Source: Octopus bimaculoides
Lineage: Eukaryota
DNA: 64,000 bases
Assembly: GCF_001194135.2 (NCBI RefSeq)
Contig: NC_068981.1
Span: forward strand, 173,367,293 to 173,431,292
Reading direction: 5' to 3'
Shown one piece after another: positions 34,199 to 45,200 of the stretch (position 1 is the stretch's first letter; each line of letters starts with the position of its first letter). The translations under genes were made by a program, and so were the position numbers. Below the pieces are notes generated by a model. That model was given only the letters and a program-made list of their open reading frames with translations. It had not been told where the DNA came from and did no database searches.

Positions 34199-36913
34199 AG
34201 ATGAAACTGAATGTTGTAGTACATTTAGTCAGGCACTGTATAATCATAACTATTTATGTTGCCACCATCATCATCTAATGTGCAACAGCTATCTTATGTC
34301 TGCAGCACATACAACTTATTTTCAGCTGAGTGAACTGGAGCAATATGAAGTAAAGTCCCATGCTCAAGGATGTAATGTATTGTTCAGTTTGGGAATTGAA
34401 CCCACAACCTGAAGGATTGTGTCAAAAAGCTAAAAAGTAGGCCATGTACCTTTACATGCTATCATACATTATCAAAATAAATTATAGATGTTTTCGATCT
34501 AGTTTGGATTCTTTGCCATCAAATTTGAATTCTTTGCAATCAAATTTGATGGTAAAGAATCCAAACTAGATCAAAATCAATTATTTATCATTAGTGAAAT
34601 ACTGTTGAAGTTTAGATTTTTGCTTTTGATTATTTACATTACTTGTAATTATGTTGATTCACTATTAGCTTGCCTATAAATTATATTAAATCTTATCATC
34701 AACATTCAATGTCTGTTCTCCATGTTGGCACAGCTTGGATGGCTTGACAAGAGCTGGCAAGGCCAGGGACTGAACCATGTTTCATACATAGTCTGTTTGG
34801 CTTGGTTTCTACAGCTGGATGCCTTTTCCTAATGCTAACCACTTTACAGAGTACAATTGGTACTTTTTACATGGCACCAGTACCCACACCAATGCTTATG
34901 TGGTGCTTTGGTTTTATAGTACTGAATTATTCTAGATTGTCTATCAAGCCATCCATATCTGCCTTCTATTCCTGGGAAGGTTGAGAAGGTAGAGTCCTTA
35001 GGTCCCTGTAGAGGCACATAGCTTAGTGCTTAGAGTGTTGGACTCATGATAAGATTGTGGGTTTGATTCCTGGACTGGGCGATGCATTGTGTTCTTGAGC
35101 AAGACACTTCATTTCACATTGCTCCAGTTCATTCAGCTGGCAAAAATGAGTAATCCTGCAATGGACCAGCATCCCATCCAGGTGGGGAATTTATATGCCA
35201 TGGAAACGAGCCCTTATGAGTTGGCATGACTCAGAAGGCAACTTTACTGGGTTTTTTTTTTACCTTATGATCTTGTAAGAGGTAACCATCATTAGATTTT
35301 CTTGCTGGATACCCAAGCATGACCATCTGAAACTATGGATATCATTGGACTATGTCATTCCTAGTTCTCTTCTGTGAGCTGGCTTGGCTTGAAGAATCTG
35401 TCTTGCAATTCTTTCCCTGTGACATTTTAACCACATGTTCATTGTACTTGAAATGTAACCCTTTCAATGTGGAGGAGTAACAGCTCAACCCAAAGAGACT
35501 CCCTGATGTCTGAGCTACACACCCTATCAAATAGTGATACTCTAGAAATCCTTTGAAGGAAGCCCGTTTTAATTGATTGTATTTCATTCAGTACCCAACA
35601 TTCATGACCATGAGTTAGGATAAGCATAGAAACTGAATTGAAGAAAGTGAGTTTGGCTTTTTTTTTTACCATGCTCCTCTCTTCTGAGGGTTGACTGCTA
35701 GGGCATTAATTTTAGATTGACTACATATCTTTAAATTCTGATATTTTTCTTCCATTTAGCTCAAAGTACTTATTTATTTCTGAGTTGTGGTTGCTGTTTA
35801 ACTACCAAGTCAGTCCTTACTGAGTAGATGTAAACAAAGCCTTGACTACTATTCCATATTCTTTTTTTTTTCTCAAGCATTGTGCTATATATGAATTGGC
35901 TAGAGTTTGCTTCATCAGTTATTGTAATTGTTATAGCATATACTTGCATCAGTGCAACCAGAAAATTTTTTTTCTTATACTAGCATGGAATAACAAATGA
36001 AGATAAGTTACATGAATATATATAACTGAGGCATTGTTTTACAGTCAAATGTCTTTCCGATTGCTAACTTACCCATTTTTCCAAGAAAGGGGGATCTTAT
36101 TCCACCCTCATAGAGAGCAAAGCCAGTAGATGTTATGTTGACAAGGAAAATAATGTTATTTCTTCTAGCAATGATTTTCAGGAAAGTGCAAATGTTAACA
36201 GACACACACAATTATAAAGCATTTATTTATTTCTGAATTGTGGGCTTCTTTTAGTTTCCATCTACCAAATCCACTCACTTGGTTAGCTCAGGGCCATAGT
36301 AAGAAACACTTGCCAAAGGTGCACTGCAGCGGGACTGAACCTAAAACAAAGTGGTTGTAAATTGAACTTCTTAACCATAGTCATACCTGCATCTATATGA
36401 AAATTAATTTGCTAAAACAAAAATATATTCTTTAGTTTGTTTGGTAATGAGCTCTTATCTAATGAAATAATATAATTTCATTGCAATTCTATACTACTAA
36501 TAGCATAGCATGCAGCAGGGTATGTGGAAAAAGAAGCATAAAATTATGATGAAAAAGATTTAAAGTGATTAAAAAAAAAAGGAAAAAAATGGTTTTATTG
36601 CAAATATATATCAATCATTGTAATACACAAACATATTTTTATAAATTCAGAACATTGTAAATTCTTTTTCAGGTTACTCGAAATGGAAAGAATTGCACAT
36701 GCAAAATGCTTGAAAGAATTTAATTTTTCCACGTTAAAAAAAGACGACACAATATCCCATTATCAAATGGTTAATTTTTGTACTCGTCTATTAGAGAAAA
36801 AGGATAACCTAAACATATTAAAGTCCATGAACAATTTACACATTCAGGTTTCCCATTACTATTCTGTGATGCAAGATGGCCGAATATGTATACCTTGGGA
36901 CTGGACATTATGA
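21323..36913 (+). CDS. TCAIM: T-cell activation inhibitor, mitochondrial (TCAIM/C3orf23) homolog, 5'-partial: join(21323-21518,24300-24523,25995-26086,27939-28183,33120-33251,36673-36913)
   Basis: Six exons splice in frame (1130 nt, ~375 aa plus stop). C-terminus VSHYYSVMQDGRICIPWDW matches recalled human ISHFYSVMQDGDLCIPWNW; LRWDSAWG matches IRWQRSWG; SRDLKTTVKTILKTCNL matches TRDLLSTVLYILNSCSL. Confidence 0.9.
21605..22175. mobile_element. hAT-type MITE with long internal inverted arms and a nested LINE 3'-end insertion
   Basis: Termini cagaggttctcaa and aagaaccattg; 8-bp TSD tgctaaat / tgttaaat (7 of 8 match). Confidence 0.7.
23708..24095 (+). mobile_element. Young full-length tRNA-derived SINE, inserted at the tail of an older SINE (23400-23707)
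   Basis: A/B-box-like head (ggctgtgtggtaag...ggttcagtcc), CpGs retained. Older relatives at ~13550, 28685, 33655, 45655 (+) and ~36300, 44400, 55450 (-). Confidence 0.8.
24300..24523 (+). CDS. TCAIM: TCAIM coding exon ending at a probable GC donor
   Basis: cattgtcAG acceptor; MWLEKNSQEIQRL...LRWDSAWGNIHFRACLKSFDRL; AAG|GCAAGT donor. Confidence 0.85.
25469..25687. mobile_element. piggyBac-type MITE, second copy in opposite orientation
   Basis: ctctttagcatt...aatgctaaaggg followed by TTAA; internal sequence is the reverse complement of the 5802 copy. Confidence 0.65.
25995..26086 (+). CDS. TCAIM: TCAIM coding exon (absent from the ORF track)
   Basis: ttcttAG acceptor, GTAAGT donor; RILVFASSTGVNLHGEIIISTEHVPTFWLS aligns to recalled human CTIIFTDRSGMSAVGHVMLGTMDVHHHWTK. 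Confidence 0.85.
26325..26583. mobile_element. hAT-type MITE
   Basis: Right TIR ttgagaaccactg is clear; left end decayed; no TSD found. Confidence 0.45.
27939..28183 (+). CDS. TCAIM: TCAIM coding exon
   Basis: ttttcccAG acceptor, GTTTGT donor; LFNNVRAYDPVLARLPHMEKELSQLMNNIQIV...LSDFELVLE. Confidence 0.85.
29770..29860 (+). mobile_element. RTE RT remnant (LLYADGL)
   Basis: ctcctgtatgctgatggtttagcactcatggctgaatct resembles LLYADDLALMAES. Confidence 0.5.
30151..31005. other. Assembly gap (N run); smaller gaps at 26171-26182 and 48019-48085
   Basis: Runs of N. Confidence 1.
31140..33005 (-). mobile_element. Penelope-like retroelement, 5'-truncated: RT plus GIY-YIG endonuclease, about two frameshifts, with 3' region
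   Basis: Manual translation gives FDVTIESSDSAQIADLVSIYIL, GLYRDD (YRDD at 32808-32819), FLDITLNL...YFPYHKP...SNH. GIY-YIG ORF 31560-31949 has IYQCKI...FFYIGSS...KRISNH...TELKKLIWYLKD...CQLC. Confidence 0.9.
31169..31271 (-). ncRNA. Type I hammerhead ribozyme fold (probably inactive, G12A) in the Penelope 3' region
   Basis: Minus strand reads ...UUUCC-CUGAUGA-GAAGAUUACAUUG[loop]CAAUGUUGUCUUC-AAAAC-AUAU-GUU^GGAAG. Stem II is 13 positions with a 2-nt internal loop; stem III is the palindrome AACAUAUGUU; stem I pairs UUUCC with GGAAG. Confidence 0.7.
33120..33251 (+). CDS. TCAIM: TCAIM coding exon (absent from the ORF track)
   Basis: tttttgtAG acceptor, GTAAGC donor; QSGPFAVSPTGQFLIPGSCPGSLVIEFINKNKALAK; phase 2 at both ends. 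Confidence 0.85.
33430..33628. mobile_element. Small Tc1/mariner-type MITE remnant
   Basis: tacaggctgggccaaaagtca ... tgacgtttggctca imperfect inverted ends. Confidence 0.4.
34492..34576. repeat. 37-bp inverted repeat with 11-nt loop
   Basis: tttcgatctagtttggattctttgccatcaaatttga and tcaaatttgatggtaaagaatccaaactagatcaaaa; 35 of 37 Watson-Crick. Confidence 0.85.
35290..35700 (-). mobile_element. RTE RT C-terminal remnant
   Basis: LILTHGHECW...FLQRISRVSLFDRVCSSDIRESLWVELLLLHIER. Confidence 0.7.
36673..36913 (+). CDS. TCAIM: TCAIM last coding exon
   Basis: ctttttcAG acceptor; LLEMERIAHAKCLKEF...YYSVMQDGRICIPWDWTL*. Confidence 0.9.
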
Positions 36914-39900
36914 AACTATAGTTATTTAAAACAAAACCTCCTTTGGAGATGTATAGTGTAAAAAAGAACCTTTAGAAAAGACTTAACTTTGCAATTGATG
37001 TTGAAATGTTTAATTAAATATTTTTTGTAAATGTCATCTGTTCTGTCATTGAAAACTATTTTAATATTTTTTTTTTAAAAATTTTATGATGTAATATTTA
37101 TTATTTGTAACATTGATTGTAGAAAAAATTCATTAATTTTTATTTTCTTGGATATATATATATATAAATTATCTTGAATTAAGAAGTCAAGAATTTATCT
37201 TTACAGTAGAAGAAAGGCAAAAGAAAATGTTTTAACTGAGAAATCTAAGTTTCTGATCTTAATCAGATATTTCATAGAGGCTCAGTGGCTATGATATAGG
37301 AAAATGTCATTGCTTGTTTTAGCGTGTCTAGGTAAAAAATACCATTTTCACTTATGGAAGTTTGTTAGCTAGAGGTTATAAGAATATCCGGTTGATCAAA
37401 ATGAAAACAAACAAACCAAGCCAAACACTGGTTTCATATTACTATGCAAAAATATAAAATTTGAAGAGAAAATGTAAAGATGGGTTTAAATCAGTTTTGA
37501 AAAATAATTGATTTATTGCATATTTGATTTTGCTACCTCAACCAGAGATTCAACTCAAGTATATTTAGTAGGAGTCTTTCTTGGCTAAGGAAGATGTCTG
37601 CTTGATAATGGATGCTTATGTCTGTTATTCAAACATCATGTGCAGTTCATAGTAAGAACCTGAGCTTGTATTATTCCATTTCGAGGCAGTTGAAGATGAC
37701 TGGGGACTCTTCTGAAGCTTATGAGCTGAATTCTGCAATGCAAACAATGAGCCACTTGTCAATTTTACACTTCTTCTATTGCTTGTAGTGACAAGTTGTT
37801 CCTACCATGTGGTGCTTATTTTCACCTATGTAAACTAGGCCATTTGATAGTTAAGTTCCTTGGCTAAGACTCAAAGTGCTGGTGATAAGATATGAACAAT
37901 GAACTTTTACTGATTGTCTAATAGCCTATTAACTTTGCCAGCCACACTCTAGTACCATAAGAACAAGAATGTTTTCATGTATTTTGGTTGAAAAGATTTT
38001 GGCTTTGGAGTTATTTGAAAACATTAATAAATTCAGGAAATCAATTCTATGTCACTCATCCAGATTCTAGTGCAATAAACTTTTGAGTAATAACTTAAAA
38101 AAAAAAAAAAAAAAAAAAAAACGAGTCTGAAGATGGAAATATACTGACATATTGAATGTGAAGATTAGTTAAAATACACTATAACATCCGACATTTTTCA
38201 CATAGAAAAATAGAGTAAAATTTGAAAATTTTTGTCATTGTACGTCTATTATGATTTCTTACTTCAGCTCTGCTGCTTTGTGCTTATGTAGAAAATAATT
38301 AAATAATACTTTGAAATTTATGAGGTGTAATTCACTGTTAAATTGAATATTTTGTCATCAGCTAGTTCTCTGAACATGATTTGTTATACAAGAGTGACAG
38401 CCATTTCATGAAATAGAGCAAAATAACATCCTGTCATCTACAAGGTCTATGGAGCACCAACGAAAATGTTAGACTTTGCATTGTATTTTGGTTGTAAATA
38501 TATTACTTGGCTCAGATTATTAAGCTAATAAAATAAAGTTTTACTACAGTTATCAAGAACAAATTTAAAGATCTCCATTTGAAGACTGATTCAATGAATT
38601 GAAATATGGATATAGGAAAGAAATATATAAATATATACTCTATTTGAACTACTGATGAAGATGCTGTCCTATAAGGAGACAAGTGAATTGTGTCTAAACT
38701 AGAACATTTGATTACAAAATAGTAATCAGTGTTAAATCTAGAGCTTGGTGGCTTTCTGATCATTACTCTAAAAATAAAAATAAAAATTTAAAAGAAGAAA
38801 GTGTGCTCTTCCATAAAAAAAACAAAAAAACTTTCTCTGAAGCCACTTAATCTGAGATACATAAACAGGCAACTGGGTCATATCCTGAAAGAAGGTAAGC
38901 TTTCTCACTTATGATTTACTTCACCTTTAATATTTCCAGAGTGATGGACACAAACGACTTACATAAAATCATAGCTGCTGAAGATCTTACATTGTCACTT
39001 GTGCAGATTAATTTATGAAAAATTTCGATGCCAAGGGGAATAACTATGCTGCAACTAGAATGAGACTCCTGGTGAAACTGTACCATTACATCAATAAACA
39101 GCAGCTTTCAAGCGGTTTCGTTGTAGCTTCTGTTAATGAGGCTCCCTCCAAACCTCACTATCATCTGAATGAAATCTGTTAGAGCTATCTAAACTAATAA
39201 CCAACTCAGTTTCTTCTGATATCATACTCCTTTACAAACGTGATTACCTAATGTTTCTCCTCTACAAAACTTTTCATCATGGAACCCTCAAATGTCTCAT
39301 TAGTTACATATGCTTGAAATAGAAATTACAAGTTCCATTTAACAGTACCAATATACACACATCTTAAGAAACCTATAAATAAAACATCAGATTGCCTGCT
39401 AACACCTTGCTAATAACTTTGCTTTCACTGTAATTATATATAGTCAAAACAACAGATTTTTAGGCTCCTTTAAGAGCCATAAAATGTTGTACATGTGTTA
39501 ATGTTTAGAATGAGCCAACACATCCATTCTATTGAAACATTGTTCCTTTTCAGTTGAATAGTGCCATCTATCAGATGGGTTAACATTTCACTGGTGAACA
39601 TCCTAGAACCTTTGGTGCACTCACAAGTTGTACTTTCTGACTTCTATTGAAAACAGTAACCAGCTGAGCACACTGACTCCATCACTTCCATACTAACAGC
39701 TAATTCTTTTGACTTTATAATGCCAACTCTACAGCTCAACTGTTTTGCTGCTCATTTTTCTTCCAGCCATTTACCCTAATGAATTTGGATTAAATAAGCT
39801 GCTGCTTCCTTCAAATTAAGACATCTGAATAAAAATTTTTTTGAGATACAAGAAAGTTTTGTAAAGCAAAATGAGCAGTTGATTGAACAGGCAGTATAAT

Positions 39901-42011
39901 AGTGGTATCTTATTTAATAAAAAAATTACGAAAGATCAGCGCTACCTGGTGACCCTATAAAGACAAAACTATAGTTTAGTCGTTTTACTGTTTCTGCTGA
40001 CTCATCAAATTCAAAAGGTTTCTCTTTTTTGATGAAGCACAACTATATATTGCTTTCATATTTTTATGAACATGTTTAATTTATTTGATAGAATTATTTA
40101 TAACCCTTCAAACACATATTTTCATATTTAGACATTTTGAATTCATAGCAAACGCATGCTGTTAGATGCATTTATTGAGCTTTCACATTTAAGCTCTTGT
40201 ATGGAAGGGTTAAAAACAGTTTTCCTTTAATCTGTTCTTTACAAGAAGGCTTTTATAGACCTTTCATGTCTACATTTAAAAAACAGTCACGTAGACTACA
40301 TTGGTTAAAAGCTTGTTGAATCATCCATCATATTTGATGTCAGTGTGTTGGATAAAAATAACTTGCTCTGTTTAACAAATCTCTATCTTGAATTCAAATC
40401 CTTCCGAGGTCAACTTGCTTTTCATATTTTGGTGTTTGAAGAAGTAAGTACTGATCAAATTAATTGACTGCGCTCTCTCCACGAATTTGTGAACTAGGAC
40501 CACTTAAATTCATATTATTGCTGTTTTAAGAAATCATGCTGGGTGCCTGTCAGTATATTTTAGTAAGCTTAATAATTAATATATTCTGAAATTATTTTGC
40601 ATATTTATTCTAAGATTGCAACAGCTATTACTTTATATCAGTATTTTGATGCACTATTATAAAGCCTTTAAGATTTTTCTATTCTAAAAAGGCATATTAC
40701 CTTATTTCTAAAAAAAAAAAGTAGGGGTGATAGTAAATAAAAATTTTAAAAAAGTGAAAAAGGAAAAGAATCAGTTAAGAAAATCTTTATACACTGGTGT
40801 GCGAAATTCATTTTTATTTTGTAGTAAAATCCTGGTTGCAAAGTTATGGTGGAAAAAATCTTTTTTTAATATGAATCTTCAAAATGTTCATTGAAATAAA
40901 CTTAAAAAATGATTTACACTTATGAAGTTTAATCAAGAGAAAGGTCTTGGGGAAGGGGGGAGACTTCAACCAAATCAAAATGTACCCAAGAATAAAGAAA
41001 TTCAGAGATATGTAACAATATGTATATTCAAATTGACTGTTAGAATTACAGATTATTTGAATACTTTATATGTATTTGTGGAGAAAGAGAGAATGAGGCA
41101 TGTATGTACATATGGTGATAGTAAGAGAGATATATCTGGTTTCAATATCATTAGTAATAAATGTTAGAATTAATTATAAACTATACAGCAAAGTAAATGA
41201 AACATTTCTAGACGAAAATTTTAAAATTTCTTTTATAATTCAATTTATAAACAACCTGTGCTAGAGAAGGCTGTTTTAACTTTAATTATAAATTAAAAAA
41301 GGAGAAGAGAGAAGAGGGTGTGTGTGCGTGTTTGTGTAGGTGTGTATATATAGACAGCAATAAATAAAAATGCTTTATAGGCTAGGAAAACCTTAATACC
41401 ACTTTCTCTCTTCAATAAATTCAGAGATGTATTCCTTAAATTAATAAAATGATATCAAGAACAAGTAAATATATAAAATAAAAATAATACAACAATGGAA
41501 ACTAAAGTCAAAATTTATATATATATAAAGAAAAAAAAGCATAACTTTTGATATTGAGATTTTTTCTTATTCTTCCCTGCTTGCTTTTCACACAGCTTTG
41601 CACTAGTGTTTTACTTCAGTGTTAAACTTCATTTTAGAAAATGGGTGTTTTTTTCCAATTTTTTACAAAAAAATTAAAAGAATAAAGTAAATGAAGAAAA
41701 TAGTATATATATTTATGTATATGCTTGTAGATCTCTTTAACTTAACTTCATTTACATAGTTTACAGATTATAATTATTTTAATAATTATAATTATAAAAA
41801 TAATTATATATATATATAATTATCTTTTTTTCTATCTCCAACATTCTATGCTTATTCAGAGCATTTAGCAGGTTTGATTTTTTTCCCTTAAGTAGATGTG
41901 AAACTAAAATCAGCATCTGTTTCCAATTTTGAAAAAAAATTTGTAAAATGGTAGGAAAACAAGTATTTAGTGGTGATGGTTTGTTTCACATTAGACTGAT
42001 CTCTAGTTAAT

Positions 42012-42203
42012 TCAGTTGATAGTTTTTAATTTATTCAGATTGTCCCTTGAATCTCTCTTTCTTCTGTGAGTAGAAGGGCTTGGAAGGTACAAGTGTGAGG
42101 AAATTGGAGGAATATAATGGAGAATAGAGGTATCTAAATTTCGATCTTCTTCCACAAGAGTCTTTACAGTACGCTTCCAATAGTCAAAATATATTCTGGA
42201 GCT
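42012..42203 (-). CDS. TRPC4AP: TRPC4AP last coding exon (SSRIYFDYWKRTVKTL...KLKTIN*)
   Basis: ttttttcAG acceptor; similar to human SSCISFSYWKETVSIL; TGA at 42014-42012. Confidence 0.88.
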   Translation of the reverse strand, partial: SSRIYFDYWKRTVKTLVEEDRNLDTSILHYIPPISSHLYLPSPSTHRRKRDSRDNLNKLKTIN

Positions 42204-45200
42204 CTGAAAAAAAATGCAAAAGAGAAAAAAATGCTAGTTACAATAGCAAAATTTCATAATCATTGATTTCTCACGTTACCAGAATGTTTCATATTAATGG
42301 AAGAGAGGACTTTTACTTTATGGAGCTTGCAAGATTTAATGGGCAACCGTAAGTTCACAGCTACAGAAAACACCTTTGTGCAACTATTACCAACTTTAAA
42401 TCTTCTTTCTAAGGAGTCAGTTGTCAAGTTGCAAGCTGTTCTGGATGTTGCATATGGCTATCAAATCAATCTAATTAAAACTTTTCAGTTAACATTATAT
42501 AGGCCAATAAACCTCTTTAGGTATTATGCCACTTAAAAATGGTTTGTGTTACTTTTACAAATTCCAGATTTAACACCTCAATCTAAAACATACAAACTGG
42601 TGTGTATTAAGAAAAATGTATTGTTTAATCATTTATTTATTTCTTTATTGTCCACAGGGGGCTAAACATAGAAGTGACAAACAAGGACAGACAAAGGGAT
42701 TAAGTCGATGACATCGACCTCAGTGCGTAACTGGTACTTAATTGACCTCGATAGGATGAAAGTCAAAGTTGACCTCGGTGGAATTTGAACTCAGAACGTA
42801 ACGGCAGACGAAATACCGCTAAGCATTTCGCCCGGCATGCTAACGATTCTTATTTCTTTATTGCCCACAAGGAGCTAAACATAGAGGGGACAAACAAGGA
42901 CAGACAAAGGGATTAAGTCGATTACATCGACCCCAGTGCGTAACTGGTACTTAATTTATCGACTCCGAACGGATGAAAGGCAAAGTTGACCTCGGCGGAA
43001 TTTGAACTCAGAACATAACGGCAGACGAAATACCGCTAAGCATTTCGCCCGGCATGCTAACGATTCTGCCAGCTCTCACATCCAGTCTTGGTATATATTT
43101 CACTAGTCAACTTGAAAGTTGGTTGAAAACAATCTGTTCGCCACTGCTGATTACCAATAGTTACCAATAAATTAGTGTTAATTTATATGGCAATGTTATA
43201 CATGTTTTAAAGTAAATTTTGTATATGCACAGGTTTGAACACACAAGTGAATAAAGAATATTCATGGAAAAACGAATTGGATATGGAGAATGCATTTTAA
43301 AAGAAACCTTGCTACTTGTCTAGGATTAAAAAAAAAAGTTGTTACCTTCCTTTAAAAACAAATGCTTATGATTTTATATTTAAAAAAACTATAATATTGC
43401 TTGACACGAAGAAATTTGCAAAGGAAGGGCAGAGTTAATTGACTATGACAGGTGTTTATTTTATAGAGAGGCTAGGTAGATTACAGTTGACTCATCTCTA
43501 ATTTCACTAATTTGTGCAAGTGTTAGTTTCATAGCTACAACACTGCTCTTTAAACACCAATAATTTTGATTCCTTCTGGTTACAAACTCAGTTTCTGCCC
43601 ATCAGAGACAGGCCATTGAATCAATGTTAGAGTAGTACTGGTATTTTTATTATCAACTGGAAGAAGAGGGTTGGGTAGCACAAGAAAATCAAATATGATG
43701 CAACTTGAACTCTTAATGAAGAAGAATGAGACAAAATACTGCAAGGCATTTAATCTAGTACTCTACCATTTCTGGCAATTAGCTGATTTTGAAACATCAA
43801 ACAACTTGTGGTCTTCATTTAATACACATTGCAGAATGCAACAAATTTAAGGGTAGCATGTAGAAAATAGATAAAAATTAAAAACTGAAATAAACTTACC
43901 TTTTCAAGTGCACTGCAGTCTTTATCTTTATGCAAATAATGATCTTGCCAGAATAACAACAATTCCCTTCAATTAATAGGATAAATTAAATTAGAAACAA
44001 AGTCATGAATAGATTGGTTTTAAATTGTAAGTTTCCTTGCAAAATAGAAAACTGCTGAAAAGGCAAGATAAATACTTAATAGTATTAAGATAAGCTCAGT
44101 AAAAATATTTTCCTATTACTGTTTTAAAAATCTGTTTCTGTTTATTTTTGCTACATATCTTATTCTTTGCTTGTTTTAGTCATTGGACTGCCTTGACAGG
44201 TTTAATTGAACAATTTGGTCCCAGTATTTATTTTTAAGTCTGATACTTATTTCATTGTTCTCTTTTTGCTGAACCTCTAAGTTACAGGGATGTAGACAAA
44301 CCAATACCAGTTGTTAAACAATGGTGGGAGACAAACACACAACAGGCTTCTTTCAGTTTTCATCTACCACATAAAGTCACATGGCCTAGGGCTATGGTAG
44401 AAGACATTTGCCCAAGGTGCTGCACCATGGGACTGAAACCCAAGACCATGTGATTGAGAATCAAACTTCTTACCCACACAACAATGTAACATTTTTTTAA
44501 AAGCATTCCAATTTTTTTTCAAAATTTGCCGTTCTTAATGTTTGCTTGAAGTCTGTTTAGCTCTAAGTGTCTATGGCCTGGTCACTGATCATTCCATCTT
44601 ATATATTCATACAATATATCAGAGATTCCTTTATCTCAACAACCATTTTTTTGTCTGTAGACCTTTTTTGATTCCTATTTTACTCTGGTGGACCTCATAG
44701 CCATTCAATGTTTAAAAAACTTCTGTTATATCTTTATAATTAAATACTATTAGGAATTGTGTAAGAACCCCCCCCCCCCTCCAATTTCTTGTATGTTGAA
44801 TGACCACATAGAGGTTCTCTCAATGGTGTGTTAAAAGCTTTTTGCTACAAAAGGTGGATACAACTAAACACTAAGCAACTAAGTACCATATATATTTGTA
44901 GATGAATCTTTTTTTTTATATTTGCTCTGAGCTTGAATTTCATAGGACACAATTACACTCACTAGTTGAGTGTGTAGAGCAGAGTTTTCCTGTCACTATG
45001 AATATCAGTAAACGAATAATAGGGTGGATAATAACATGTATGAAAAACAAACAAGTAGAATTTGATTCTACTACAAAAACAGATGTGCCTGCAACAAAAG
45101 GTGTGACAACTATAACACACCTGTCCGAATTTCTTTAGTGTATATGCACAGATTTAATTTAAAAAATTCTATTTGTGATAGAATAAAGTGACAAAAAAAT

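Noticed and set aside
42638-43075. CRISPR-like or satellite array
   Set aside because: Two SINE copies with no repeat-spacer structure; eukaryotic context with no cas genes.
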